A stretch of 64,000 nucleotides of DNA from an uncultured Acidobacteriota bacterium (GCA_963770895.1 CAVYRF010000001.1:1728001-1792000), one strand, 5' to 3'. Counted from the stretch's first letter, positions 9,550 to 20,542 are shown. The notes: generated by a model from the sequence alone, not told the origin. A program made the numbers and translations.

Positions 9550-10299
9550 GTGGCCGCCGGCCCCACCTACCGCGAGCTGCCGCCGCCGCCCCACCTGGCA
9601 GCGGAAGTGGAATGCCTGTGGACGGTCGACACCGGCGGCGGCCACCCCGCCTACCTGGTGCTGCCGGACGGCTGCACCGACGTGCTGGTGCAGCCGGCGG
9701 CGGACGGCATGCCGCACGTGAGGATGGTCGGCACCATGACCCGCAGCCAGCACGTGGCGCTGCCGGCGGGGCAGCGGCTGTTCGGCGTCCGCTTTCGGCC
9801 CGGCATGGCCTTCCGCCACCTGCCGGTGGCGGCGGTCCATCTCACCGACCGCATGGTGCCGCTCGACGCCGTGTGGGGCGGAGCCGCCGCCGCCCTGGAG
9901 CGCCACCTGGCCGACGTCCCCACGGTGGAGCAGGCGCTGGATCTGCTGACCGCCCGCCTGGCGGCGCCGCGCGCTCCGGCGGGCGTCGTGCAGCGGCTGT
10001 GCGGATGGCTCGCGGCGCGCCGCGGCCAGGTCCGCGTCGACGACCTGGCGCGCCACTCCGGTCTGTCCTCCCGCCAGCTGCGGCGCCTCTTCCTGGAGCA
10101 GGCCGGCGTCGGTCCCAAGCACCTGGCCCGCATCCTGCGCTTTCGCCATGCGGCGGCGCTGGCCGTGGCCGGTCCGCGGCCCGACTGGGCGGGACTGGCG
10201 CTCGACGCGGGCTATGCCGACCAGGCCCACCTGATCCACGAGTTCGGCGCCTTCGCCGGCTGCACGCCGCGCCAGCTCGCCGCCGGCACCGGCCGCTGA
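9550..10299 (+). CDS. AraC family regulator (start uncertain)
   Basis: VLPDGCTD N-terminal domain; C-terminal HTH SSRQLRRLF...GPK...RILRF...GYADQAHLIHEF. Confidence 0.82.
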   Translation: MAAGPTYRELPPPPHLAAEVECLWTVDTGGGHPAYLVLPDGCTDVLVQPAADGMPHVRMVGTMTRSQHVALPAGQRLFGVRFRPGMAFRHLPVAAVHLTDRMVPLDAVWGGAAAALERHLADVPTVEQALDLLTARLAAPRAPAGVVQRLCGWLAARRGQVRVDDLARHSGLSSRQLRRLFLEQAGVGPKHLARILRFRHAAALAVAGPRPDWAGLALDAGYADQAHLIHEFGAFAGCTPRQLAAGTGR

Positions 10300-10551
10300 G
10301 CGCCGCCGGCGGTCGCCCCGGCGGGGGAGCGCCGTAGATCGATCCGCCGCTTCGCCCACCGCGGCCGCATCGGCATCCCTTGGCGGGTCCGCAGCCGCCG
10401 CCCCGGCGGCCGATTCTTACAATCCCGCGGCCCACCGGCTGGCATACGGTTGCTGCTGCGCACACGGCGCCGCCACCGGCGCCCGACGACATCGTTCCCG
10501 TCGGCGCCACCCGCGCCGGCGCCGGCGCCCACAACCGCAAGGAGAGATCGC

Positions 10552-10923
10552 ATGAAGATCACCCCCGTTCTGTACATGGACCGCATCGAGCCGTCGCTGG
10601 AGTTCTGGCTGGGGCGCCTGGGCTTCGAAAAGACCGTCGAGGTGCCGCATGAGGACGCCCTGGGCTTCGTCATCCTGCAGCGCGGCGCGGCGGAGCTGAT
10701 GCTGCAGACCCGCGCCAGCCTGGCCGCCGACCTGCCGGCGCTGGCCGACTACGCACACCCCGTCTGCGGCCTGTTCATCGAGGTCGAAGATTTTGCCGAC
10801 CTGCTGCGCCGCGTCCAGGGCGTGCCCATCGTCGTGCCCGTGCGCACCACCTTCTACGGCATGCAGGAGATCGTCGTGCGCGAGCCGGGCGGCAATCTGG
10901 CCTGCTTCGCCGCGCGCGCCTGA
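10552..10923 (+). CDS. VOC/glyoxalase family protein
   Basis: ITPVLYM...FW..RLGF...TFYGMQEIVVREPGGN; AAGGAG RBS. Confidence 0.82.
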   Translation: MKITPVLYMDRIEPSLEFWLGRLGFEKTVEVPHEDALGFVILQRGAAELMLQTRASLAADLPALADYAHPVCGLFIEVEDFADLLRRVQGVPIVVPVRTTFYGMQEIVVREPGGNLACFAARA

Positions 10924-11135
10924 CCCGCCTGGCCGGCCGAGCGCGGCGCGCACGCCGGCGCCACGGTGGGCGGGTAGTGGGTCAGTGAGCCACTCCTGGT
11001 GGGTGGTTCATCTTGCCCCGCCCTGGCAGGGATGTTAGGGTCCCTCATCATGTTCAGTGTTTGCGGATACACTGGCATCACGGCCCTGCGCACGTAGCGC
11101 CGGACGGCGGCTGGAAATCCAGCAAGGAGAGCACC

Positions 11136-12857
11136 TTGGTCTTCGACGGCGGCAAGAAACCCAACCTGGTACTTTTGATCACCGATCAGCAGAGCGGACA
11201 CCCGCATTGGCCGCCCGGCTGGGCGGAGGAGAACCTGCCGACGATGCGCCGCCTGCAGGAGTGCGGGCTGACGTTCGAAAACGGCTACACCAATTCGTGC
11301 ACCTGCTCGCCCAGCCGCACGACGCTCTTCACCGGGCTCTATCCGGCGCAGCATGGCGTCACCGAGGTGCTTGAATTTGGCAACTCGGGCCGCCCCGATC
11401 CGCAACCGGACGGCGCCAGCAGCGGCGCGCAAATGGCGGCCTCGGCGCAGCTGGTCAAGGAGCGCCGCCAGGTCGGTCTCTCCTCGCAGCTGCAAAACCT
11501 GGCGAAGATCCTGCGCACCGCCGGATATCACGTGGTGTACAAGGGCAAGTGGCACCTGACCAAACCGGTGCAGTACAGCCTGTCGCTCGATCAGAAGTAT
11601 TGGACCGAAGCGGACGCCGTGCACCTGGCCGACCTGTACGGCTTCGACGGCTGGAACATGCCCGACGCCGGCGACAACCTGGCGCTGGCCAACATGGCCG
11701 GCGGCCGGATCGACAACGACGGCCGCTTTGTCGACGGTCACGGCCAGGCCGCCCAATACGGCTACAGCATCCCGCTGGATCGCCGCGAGCGGCAGAGCGC
11801 CGTGCGCTTTCTGCAAACCTACGACGGCGCGGCGCCCTTCTGCCTGATCGTCTCGCTGGTCAACCCGCACGACGTGCTCGCCTTTCCCGGCACCGCCGGC
11901 AGCTACGTGACCCTCGCCAACGGCACCCAGGTGCCGCTCTACCTGGCGGCGGGCTATCGCGACAGTGAGTTCACCTCGCTGCCGATCGAGCCGCCGGCAA
12001 CGGTCGACGAGAGCCTCGATACCAAGCCGCACGCGCAGCGCCAGTTCCGCGTCCTGTCCAACCTGGGCAACGGCCCCATCGGCCCGAAGGACGTCGAAGA
12101 CCAGCGGCGCTACTGTCAGTTTTATGCCTACCTGAACCAGCTGGCCGACACCCACCTGGGCAAGGTGCTGGACGCCCTGTACGCCCGGCCCGGCGGCCGC
12201 GAAGAGACCGTGGTCTTCCGGCTGAGCGATCACGGCGACATGGCGATGTCGCACGGCCGGCAGCGGCAGAAGATGTACAACGTCTACCAGGAAACGGTGA
12301 ACGTGCCGTTCATCGTTTCCAATCCGCGCCTGTTTCCCAAGCCCGCAACCACCTCGGCGCTGGCCAGCCTGATCGACGTGTTGCCGACGGTGGCGACGCT
12401 CGCCGGCGTGCCGGAACGCGGCCGCTGGCTGTTCAAGGGGCGCGACCTGGCCCCCGTGCTCGCCGACCCGCGCGCCGACGTGCAGGACTACGTGCACTTC
12501 ACCTACGACGACCTCTACTTTTACGTGCCGGCCGCCAACCACATCCGCTGCCTGATCGAAAAGCAGTGGAAGTACGCGGTGTACTACGACATCTACACCG
12601 GCCGCGAACCCGAATACGAGATGTACGACCGCGCCACCGATCCGCTGGAGGTCCACAACCTGGCCCACCCCGGCGCCACCGTCTCCGCCGCCGTCCAGGC
12701 GCAGCGCCAGCGCCTGCACCAGCGCCTGACCCAGGCCATGGCGCACCTCGGCACCACCCCCGACACCATCGTCTGGCCCAAGGTCTCAGGCGGCGACGCC
12801 TTCGTCACCACCGACCTGCCGGACCGCAAGCTGAACCCGGAGGACTTCACCGAGTAG
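11136..12857 (+). CDS. Cys-type (formylglycine) sulfatase
   Basis: PNLVLLITDQQ, CSPSR signature, GKWHL, SDHG; probable TTG start after AAGGAG. Confidence 0.88.
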   Translation: MVFDGGKKPNLVLLITDQQSGHPHWPPGWAEENLPTMRRLQECGLTFENGYTNSCTCSPSRTTLFTGLYPAQHGVTEVLEFGNSGRPDPQPDGASSGAQMAASAQLVKERRQVGLSSQLQNLAKILRTAGYHVVYKGKWHLTKPVQYSLSLDQKYWTEADAVHLADLYGFDGWNMPDAGDNLALANMAGGRIDNDGRFVDGHGQAAQYGYSIPLDRRERQSAVRFLQTYDGAAPFCLIVSLVNPHDVLAFPGTAGSYVTLANGTQVPLYLAAGYRDSEFTSLPIEPPATVDESLDTKPHAQRQFRVLSNLGNGPIGPKDVEDQRRYCQFYAYLNQLADTHLGKVLDALYARPGGREETVVFRLSDHGDMAMSHGRQRQKMYNVYQETVNVPFIVSNPRLFPKPATTSALASLIDVLPTVATLAGVPERGRWLFKGRDLAPVLADPRADVQDYVHFTYDDLYFYVPAANHIRCLIEKQWKYAVYYDIYTGREPEYEMYDRATDPLEVHNLAHPGATVSAAVQAQRQRLHQRLTQAMAHLGTTPDTIVWPKVSGGDAFVTTDLPDRKLNPEDFTE

Positions 12858-12913
12858 CGGCCGAGGCGGCCGGTCGACGCACCTGACTGGCCGCCAGTGG
12901 CGCTTGGCCTCCG

Positions 12914-13906
12914 TCATGCGGGGAATGCGGATTGATCGCGGAGAGAAATTAGTTCCTGTGCCAGGATCTCTTCCAGGTGGCGAATTGATTTGTACACGAG
13001 CACCCGCTGGCCCTTTACGTTGAACTTCAGCTCTGCTTCATCGCGCACGGTGAGGATGGTCTGCCGGCTGCACCCCCAGGCGTAGCCAACCTCCAGATAG
13101 ACGTTCGGATTTGCCGTCGAAAGATCCGCAATGACCAGTGTTGCGCGCGAGATCCTCTGCTTGACCCATTCCACCACGTCGCCGCTAAATGCGGAGAGAT
13201 CGGCCCGCTCGCAAAGCAGTCCAGCTCGATGCACCGCTCCCTCGATACCATAATGAAACAGGTCCGTCATGGCGCCATCGAAGGGCATCGCCACAAACAC
13301 GTACGGTTTGGCAGCCGAGTCATAGCCTACGGTTCGCAGTAGCTCTCTCTGTCCATCGGCAAGCGCGGCAAGCGGATTTACCGTGTCGGTGGCAAGCCCA
13401 TCCGTGGGCACCAGCAGGGAGAGCGCGGTCTTCAGACGGTATGCGCGATTGGGGTCGCGCTCGACGAAGGACACTCTTGCAAGCGCGGCCGGGTAGCGGT
13501 TCCAACTGATCGCTTCGATGAGACCCGCAAGTTCAGCCCGAAATGCTTCCACTTCGTCCAGCCCATAGCCAGGCCCATGGATCGTCAAGGCGACATGCCT
13601 GGCCGCAGGCGCCTCAACGGCAAGGCATGCCAGCACCTTCCGCCCGAATTCTCTGATCTGGTGGTAATCAAGGTTGTGCAGTGGCACTACGCCGAGAAAC
13701 AAGACGGCATGCGCCCCAAGGCGGCTATCGGTAATTTCCAGCGTCCAGTCGTCGATCTCTGGCAGGCGAGGCGGACGTCTGCCAGAATCCGACAAATGCT
13801 TGTAGACCGCGAAGTCCACGCCGTACAGGCTCTGCGCGAACTTTAGGGCTAGCACGTCACATGGAAAATGGAGTGCGTCACCTTCGACGATCTCGATCTT
13901 GACCAT
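12914..13906 (-). CDS. Macro-like domain fused to a nucleoside 2-deoxyribosyltransferase-like domain
   Basis: N-term KIEIVEGDALHFPCDVL (macro-like start); C-term VFVAMPF...IADLSTANPNVYLEVGYAWG; visibly lower GC than neighbours. Confidence 0.6.
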   Translation of the reverse strand: MVKIEIVEGDALHFPCDVLALKFAQSLYGVDFAVYKHLSDSGRRPPRLPEIDDWTLEITDSRLGAHAVLFLGVVPLHNLDYHQIREFGRKVLACLAVEAPAARHVALTIHGPGYGLDEVEAFRAELAGLIEAISWNRYPAALARVSFVERDPNRAYRLKTALSLLVPTDGLATDTVNPLAALADGQRELLRTVGYDSAAKPYVFVAMPFDGAMTDLFHYGIEGAVHRAGLLCERADLSAFSGDVVEWVKQRISRATLVIADLSTANPNVYLEVGYAWGCSRQTILTVRDEAELKFNVKGQRVLVYKSIRHLEEILAQELISLRDQSAFPA

Positions 13907-13946
13907 GGCGCCAGTTCTCAGTTGTCCGCTGCCGGCGGGGCAGGCG

Positions 13947-14558
13947 TCAGGGGCAGGTCTTGATGACGACTTCGACGCGGCGGTTTTTCTGCCGGCCGGC
14001 GGGGTCGTCGCTGCCGTCGGGTTTGGTGTTGGGCGCGACGGGGCGCTTCTTGCCGTAGCCCTTGATCGGCGTCGCCGCTGGCACGAAGCCGTGCGACGCC
14101 AGCCAGTCGCGCACCGTCGTGGCGCGCTGCTCGCTGAGCGTCTGATTGTGGGCGTCCGAGCCGATCGCGTCGGTGTGGCCTTCGAACACCAGCGGATGCT
14201 TGCCGCGCTGCGCGATCTGCGGCCCCAGCACCGCCAGGGTCTGCTCGGCGTCGGGGTTGAGGGTGGCCTTGTTGAAGTCGAACAGGGCGTCCGCCACGGT
14301 GGTCAGGCGCTCCTCGCACGCCGACTTTTCGGCGTGGATCGCCTGGATCCCCTTGGGCACCTGGATGTCGCCGGGGGTCTGCCAGTTCCCTTTCGGCTGC
14401 TGGATCGCGCCCGGCTTCTGCCACGTCCCCGACGGTGCCTGCTGCGCACCCGACGCCGGCCAGGAGCCGCCCAGAGCCATCACCACCAGCACTGCGGCCG
14501 CGCTCGATGCCACGCTCCGCGCGGCACGGCCGCGCTCCGCCTTCCCCCCGTCGCCCAT
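13947..14558 (-). CDS. OmpA family protein
   Basis: LFDFNKATL, EGHTDAIG, NQTLSEQRA, NRRVEV OmpA_C motifs. Confidence 0.9.
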   Translation of the reverse strand: MGDGGKAERGRAARSVASSAAAVLVVMALGGSWPASGAQQAPSGTWQKPGAIQQPKGNWQTPGDIQVPKGIQAIHAEKSACEERLTTVADALFDFNKATLNPDAEQTLAVLGPQIAQRGKHPLVFEGHTDAIGSDAHNQTLSEQRATTVRDWLASHGFVPAATPIKGYGKKRPVAPNTKPDGSDDPAGRQKNRRVEVVIKTCP

Positions 14559-14652
14559 CCCGTATCCTCCCGTTGTTTGGTGACAGCTTAGGGAAGAAGG
14601 GGACGGCTGTCAAAGCCCGCTCGGACCAGGCGTAGCGCCCTGGGACGCCGCT

Positions 14653-15741
14653 TCAGCCGAGGTACTCGGGGTGCTGGGCGGTGGTGTCGAAGTGCTGCGA
14701 GATCTTGTACAGCTCGTACTTGCCGTCCTGGGCGGCGGCGGCGGTTCTGGCCAGGAGCGCTTTGGACTGGTCGGCGGTGAGCGGCTGGAAGGTGCGGGCG
14801 GCGTCCAGGGCTTGGTGGAGGATGGGGAGGGAGTCGCAGCCGGTGATGACGACGCTCACCGGCAGGCTCATGGCGTAGTGCAGGCACTCGACGGGAGTGA
14901 CGACCTTGCTGTCGAGGATGAAGTGGCTGCCCATCGGCTTCATCGCCAGGACGCCCATGCCGCGGCCCAGGGCGGCCGGCAGCACGCGCTGGCCGAAGCT
15001 GTTGAAGTGGGCGTCCATGACGTTGAGCGGCATCTGCACGGTGTCGAACACGAAGCCGTGGGCGGCGGCCACCTCCAGCATGTGGAGGTGGATGTCGGGG
15101 CTCTTGTGGCCGGTGAAGCCGATGTAGCGGATCTTGCCCGCCTGGCGCGCCTGGAGCGCGGCTTCCATGCCGCCGCCCGGCGCGAAGATGCGGTCGGCGT
15201 CGGTCATGCGGATATTTTCGTGGAACTGCCACAGGTCGACGCGATCCGTCTGCAGGCGGCGCAGCGAATCGTCCAGCTGCTTGGCGGCGGACAGCCGGGT
15301 GCGGCCGTCCACCTTGGTCATCAGGAACACCTTCTGGCGATAGCCGTCGCGCAGCGCCTTGCCCATCCGCTCTTCGCTCTTGCCGCCGTTGTAATCCCAG
15401 CAGTTGTCCAGGAAGGTGACGCCGTTGTCGATCGCGGTGCGGACGATGCGAATGCTCTCCTGTTCGTCCTTCTGGGTGCCGATGTGCGAGCCGCCGATGC
15501 CGATCAGCGACACCTTCTCACCGGTGCGTCCGAGCGTCCGGTAGGGCATGGCGCCGCTCGCCGGGGCGGGGGCCGCGCCCGCCCAGCGCGCGCCGCCGGC
15601 GGCGACCGCGGTGGCAAGCGACAGCTCCAGGAAGCTCCGCCGGCTGACGGCGCCGTGCTCTGATCCCTGCGATGCCTGCGATCGCAGCGATTCCGCGGTT
15701 GCCGCGGTCCGCGGCGAGGGCTCTTTCCCGCTGTCGTGCAT
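14653..15741 (-). CDS. Aldo/keto reductase with a Tat-like leader
   Basis: YRTLGRTGEKVSLIGIGG, FLDNCWDY, SLRRLQTDRVDL, GKIRYIGFTGH; SRRSFLEL. Confidence 0.88.
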   Translation of the reverse strand: MHDSGKEPSPRTAATAESLRSQASQGSEHGAVSRRSFLELSLATAVAAGGARWAGAAPAPASGAMPYRTLGRTGEKVSLIGIGGSHIGTQKDEQESIRIVRTAIDNGVTFLDNCWDYNGGKSEERMGKALRDGYRQKVFLMTKVDGRTRLSAAKQLDDSLRRLQTDRVDLWQFHENIRMTDADRIFAPGGGMEAALQARQAGKIRYIGFTGHKSPDIHLHMLEVAAAHGFVFDTVQMPLNVMDAHFNSFGQRVLPAALGRGMGVLAMKPMGSHFILDSKVVTPVECLHYAMSLPVSVVITGCDSLPILHQALDAARTFQPLTADQSKALLARTAAAAQDGKYELYKISQHFDTTAQHPEYLG

Positions 15742-15835
15742 CGGCCTGCCTCCTTCCATCGTCCGCCGCAGGCATCCGCAAAAACCATGCCGGTGCGGCA
15801 CCGCTCGGCCGCCGGCGGTGCCGCGCCGGCGCGGG

Positions 15836-16240
15836 TCACCGGCAGCTCAGGGAGGCGAACAGGTCGTGCCACTGCGCCGCGATGCGATCCCAGCGATAGC
15901 GCAGGGCGGTGGCGGTACGAAAGGCGCTGCGGCCACGCTCGGCGCGGTAGCACGGGTCGTCGTACAGGCGGGCGAGGCTCGCGGCGAGCGCGTCGGCGCT
16001 GACGTCCTGGCCTTCGCACAGGGCGCAGGGAGCGCGGCACGTGGCGACCGGCTCCAGGAAGACGCCGGCGTCCTGCCACAGCTCGGCGCAGGCGCTGTGC
16101 CGCGGCACGATCTGCGGCGCCCCCGCCGCCGCGGCATGCTCGAACGCCACCAGCCCCCAGCCTTCGCCGGAGGAGGTGTTGACCCCCACGTCGCAGGCGT
16201 TGTAGAGCCGGTTGAGCTCGCCGGGCGTCAGCTCGCGATG
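15836..16240 (-). pseudogene. C-terminal fragment of a GT4 glycosyltransferase
   Basis: LNRLYNACDVGVNTSSGEGWGLVAFEHAAAAGAPQIVP (ExxxxxxxE GT-B motif) without an N-terminal domain. Confidence 0.65.
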
Positions 16241-16385
16241 GCGATTTGGCGTCCACCTGGTTGAGCAGATCGCGCTCCGCGTCGCCGCCGCCCTTGACGC
16301 GGATGGCGACGGTCTTGCTGGCGCGATAGCTTTTCCATTCCTGCTCGCTCGACATCTCCGCCTCGATCGGTGGTGCTCAGCCATG

Positions 16386-16414
16386 CTCTGCCGCGTCGGC
16401 GCGATTCATCTCAC
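16386..16414 (-). promoter_or_regulatory. Putative ECF promoter motif, copy 1
   Basis: Minus strand GTGAGAT-GAATCGCGCCGAC-GCGGCAGAG, about 30 nt upstream of ATG 16355. Confidence 0.55.
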
Positions 16415-16459
16415 CTGGCTTGCCGCCTCGCATCCAGGATGGAAAGATTGGCCGCGAAT

Positions 16460-19400
16460 ATGGGAAGATCGCTGCACTTGGCCCACATATTCCCTCTGGT
16501 TCTGGGTTTGGTTTTGGCGCCGGCGCCGCCGCTGCTGCCAGGGCAGACGCTCACCGCGACCCTCGCTCCCGGCGCGACGTTCGCGGCCGTGCTCACCAAG
16601 GGCGCCGACGGTGCGCCGGCGGGCGGCGCCGCGCTCCTGGTCGCCGCCGACCAGCTGGGCGTCGACGTCGTGCTCGACGTGGTGGCTCCGGGCGGCGCGC
16701 ATCTCGGGCCGGTGGACAGCCCGACCGATCGCGAAGGCGCCGAATCGCTGCTCATCCCCGCCGCCGCCGCGCCCGGCGTCTATCGCGTCGAGGTGCGGGC
16801 GGCGGCCGGCGCCCTGCCGCCGGGCAGGGTCGAGCTGCGCGCCGAAGCGCTGCCGGCGGCCAGCGCCAGCGACCGCCGGCGCCTGGCGGCGGAGGGCGCG
16901 ATGAGCGAAGCCGGCCGCCTGTTCGCGGCCGGCGGCGCGGTGGCGCGGCGCGCCGCGGCGGCGCGGCTGGCGACGGCGCTCGACCTGTGGCGCGCGGCGG
17001 GGGAGCGCGGCCAGCAGGCGCGCACCCTCTACTGGCTGGCGCAGATCCAAGGCGCCCTGGGCGAGTCGCGCCAGGCGCTCGATCTCTACGGCTAGGCGCT
17101 GCCGCTGTGGCAGGCGGCCGGCGATGCCGGGCGCGAAGCCGACACCCTGACCGGCATGGGGCTGGCCAGCTGGCGGCTGGGCGACAACCCGTCGGCGCTG
17201 GCGGCGTTCCAGCGGGCGATGGCGCTCGAGCGGCAGCTGGGCGACCGCCACCGTGAGGCGGTGACGCGCAACAACCTCTGCCTGGTCGAGCACGCGCGCG
17301 GCGAGCTGCGCCAGGCGCTCACCTGTTACCAGGACGCCCTGGCGTCGCTCGCCGGCCAGGGCGAGGAGCGGCAGCAAGCCGTGCTGCTGCTCAATGCCGG
17401 CGCGGCGTCGGAAAGCCTGGGCGAGCCGCGCCTGGCGATCGCGCGCTTCCAGCAGGCGCTCGTCCTGCTGCGCGCCGCCGGCGACCGCAAGCAGCAGGCG
17501 CAGGCGCTCAACAACCTCGCGGTGGTGTGGAGCGAGCTGGGCGACAAGGACCGGGCGCTGACCACCTATGGGCAGGCGCTCGACCTCTTCCGCCAGGCCG
17601 GCGACCGCCTGGGCGAGGCGCGGGCGCTGCACAATCTCGGCGTCACCTACTTTGCGCTCGGCGAACCGCGGCGCGCGGAGGCGCACTACGAGCAGGCGCT
17701 GGCGCTGCGGCGCGAGCTGGGCGACCGCCGCGGCGAAGCCAGCACGCTGGAAAAGCTGGCCGCCGCCTACGGCGCGGAGGGCGACGCCGCCAAGGCGCTG
17801 GCCGCGGCCAGCCAGGCGCTGGCCCTGGCGCGCGCCGCCACCGATGGCGCCGACCGCGGCGCCCTGGCCGACGCGCTCGCCCTGCTGGGCAGGGAGCAGG
17901 CGGCCGGCGGCGACCTGGCCGCGGCGACGGCCAGCCTCGGCGACGCCGCCGCGGCGCGGCGGGCGACCGGCGATCGTGGCGGGACCGCCCAAGCCTTGGA
18001 GCAGCTGGGGGAGGTGCAGGCGCAGGCGGCGGCCGCCGCCGCGGGCCTGGCGCCGGCGGCCGCCGCGGTCGCAGAGGCGCTGGCCATCCGCCGCGAGATC
18101 GCCGATCCCGGCGCCCAGGTCGAGTCGCTCGACGCCCTGGCGCGGATCGAGCGGCGGCGCGGCCGCGCGGCGGCGGCGCGCGCCGACGCCGAGGAGGCGA
18201 TGCGCCTGGTGGAGTCGCTGCGCACGGCCATTGCCGGCCCGGCGCTGCGCGCCTCCTTCCTGGGCGCCCGCCACAGCGCCTACGAAACCGAGATCGACCT
18301 GCTGATGGATCTCGACGCCGCCGATCCCGGCCAGGGCCACGCCCGTCAGGCGTTCGAGGTCAGCGAGAGGGCGCGGGCGCGCGCCCTGCTCGACCTGCTC
18401 GGGGAGGCCCGCGCCGGCGCCCCCGCCGGCGGCCTGCCGCCCGACGCGGCGGAATTCGCGCGCCGCCGCCAGGCGCTCGACGAGCGCCTGCGGGCCAAGC
18501 AGCGCCGCCGCCTGGAGGCGAGCGCCGGGACCGGCGCCGCCGCCCCCGGCCAGGACCCGCCGCCAGCGGCCGAGCGGGCGGCAGCCGAGCGGCGGGCGGT
18601 GGCAGCGCAGGTCGCCGGGCGCGAGGTCGCAGCGGTGCTGCGCGAGCTCGACCAGCTGGACATCGAAATGCGTGCCGAGCGGCCGCGCTACCTGCAGCTG
18701 GCCGACCCGCGGCCGCTCACCGCGGCGCAGATCCAGGCGCTGCTCGATCCCGCGACGCTGCTGCTGGAGTTCGCGTTGGGGGAGGAGCACAGCTTCCTGT
18801 GGGTGGTGGGCAGCGACCGCCTCGACAGCTACCAGCTGCCCGGCCGCGCGGCGGTCGAAGAGCAGGCGCGCCGGGTGTACGGCCAGCTCGCCGCGCCCAG
18901 CCTGGACGCGCACGAGGCGGGCGCGGCGCGGCGCGACGCGGCGGCGCTCTCCCGGCTGCTGCTCGGCCCGGCCGCCGGCCGCCTGGGGGATCGCCGGCTG
19001 GTGGTGGTGGCCGACGGCGCGCTGGTCTACCTGCCTTTCGCGGCGCTGCCGCAGCCCGGCGACCCCGACCAGCCGCTGCTGGCGCGCCACCAGTTGGTGT
19101 CGCTGCCGGCGGCGTCGCTGCTGCCGCTGCTGCGGCAGGGCGCCGCCGCGCTGCCGCCGGCCGCTGCCGGCGCGGCGCCGCCGGCGATGACAGCGCCGGC
19201 GGCGGGGGTGGCGCGGACCCTGGTGGTGCTGGCCGACCCGGTGTTCTCCGCCGACGACCCGCGGGTGGCGGCCGGCGGTGGCGCCGTTGCGCGGGGCGCC
19301 GCGGGCGCCGCACCCGTCCTCGATCGCCTGCCGGCGACGCGGCGCGAAGCCGAGACGATCGCCGCCTTGTTGCCGGCGGACCAGGAGCGCCTGGCCCTGG

Positions 19401-19897
19401 ATTTCGCTGCCAGCCGCGACCTGGTGCTGGCCGGGGGCCTGGCGCCCTATCGCTACGTGCACTTTGCGACGCACGGGCGGATCGACGCCCAGGACCCGGC
19501 GCTCTCCGGCCTGGAGCTTGCCGGCGTCGCTCCCGACGGCACGCCGCGCGACGGCTTTCTGAGCGTCGGCGACATCTACGGCCTGCGCCTGGCCGCCGAC
19601 CTGGTGGTGCTGTCGGGCTGCGAGACCGCCCTGGGCAAGGCCATCCGCGGCGAGGGGCTGGTCGGCCTGGTGCAGGGATTCCTGGTCGCCGGCGCCGACC
19701 GGGTGGTGGCCAGCCTGTGGCGGGTGCCGGACCGCGCCACCGCCCAGCTGATGGGGAGCTTCTATCGCGCGCTGCTGGTCGACCGGCTGCCGCCCGCGGC
19801 GGCGTTGCGGCAGGCGCAGCTGGCGCTGGCCGGGGAGCGGCGCTGGCGAGCGCCGTACTATTGGGCGTCGTTCGTGCTGCTGGGCGACTGGCGGTGA
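16460..19897 (+). pseudogene. TPR-CHAT (caspase-like) protease interrupted by one in-frame TAG at 17093-17095
   Basis: ORFs 16370..17095 and 17156..19897 are in the same frame and the TPR repeats continue across the stop. CHAT dyad motifs HFATHG and VLSGCET are intact. Confidence 0.75.
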
Positions 19898-20493
19898 TCG
19901 ACGCCGACGTCCACGCGGTCGTCGACCAGGCGGCGATCGAGCTGGCGCGGCGCATCGGCAGCGGCGACGCCGCGGCGGAAGGCGAGCTGGTCGAGCGCTA
20001 TAGCAAGGGCGTGCTCTTCCTGCTGCGCCGCATGACGCGCGATCGGGCGCTGGCCGACGATCTGCATCAGGAAACCTTTCGCGTCGTGCTCGAACGCCTG
20101 CGCGGCGCCAGCCTGGAAGAGCCCGGCAAGCTCCCGGCCTTCGTCTTGCGCACGGCGCGCAATCTCTTCCTGGCCGGCTACCGCAAGCGCGTGCGGCGCG
20201 GCGAGCACCACGACCTGGCGCCGCCCGAAAGCGTGCCCGATCCGGCGCCCGGCCAGCTGGAGGAGGTGCTGCGCGCCGAGCGGCGGGCGCAGGTGCGGCA
20301 GGTGATCGAAGAGCTGCCCACCGAACGCGACCGCCTCATCCTGCTGCGCTACTACGCCGCCGACCAGGACAAGGAGCGGATCTGCGCCGATCTCAACCTG
20401 TCGGCGCAGCACTTTCATCGCGTACTGTTCCGCGCGCGGCAACGTCTGCGGGAGCTGCTGGTGCGGTCGCCGCGCGATCGGGGGGTGAGATGA
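19894..20493 (+). CDS. ECF-type RNA polymerase sigma factor
   Basis: GTGA overlap with the CHAT stop; ADDLHQETF (region 2); LPTERDRLILLRYY...FRARQRLR (region 4). Confidence 0.88.
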   Translation: MIDADVHAVVDQAAIELARRIGSGDAAAEGELVERYSKGVLFLLRRMTRDRALADDLHQETFRVVLERLRGASLEEPGKLPAFVLRTARNLFLAGYRKRVRRGEHHDLAPPESVPDPAPGQLEEVLRAERRAQVRQVIEELPTERDRLILLRYYAADQDKERICADLNLSAQHFHRVLFRARQRLRELLVRSPRDRGVR

Positions 20494-20513
20494 ACCGCAC
20501 GCTGGCGGCAGCT
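20485..20513 (+). promoter_or_regulatory. Putative ECF promoter motif, copy 2
   Basis: GTGAGAT-GAACCGCACGCTG-GCGGCAGCT immediately upstream of the anti-sigma gene. Confidence 0.6.
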
Positions 20514-20542
20514 CTAAAGCGGTGGGAGCGTTGGTGACAGTG

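Noticed and set aside
17093-17095. Pyrrolysine or alternative genetic code
   Set aside because: TAG terminates several intact genes here (e.g. ending at 12857, 23948, 46151, 60592) and no pyl genes are seen.
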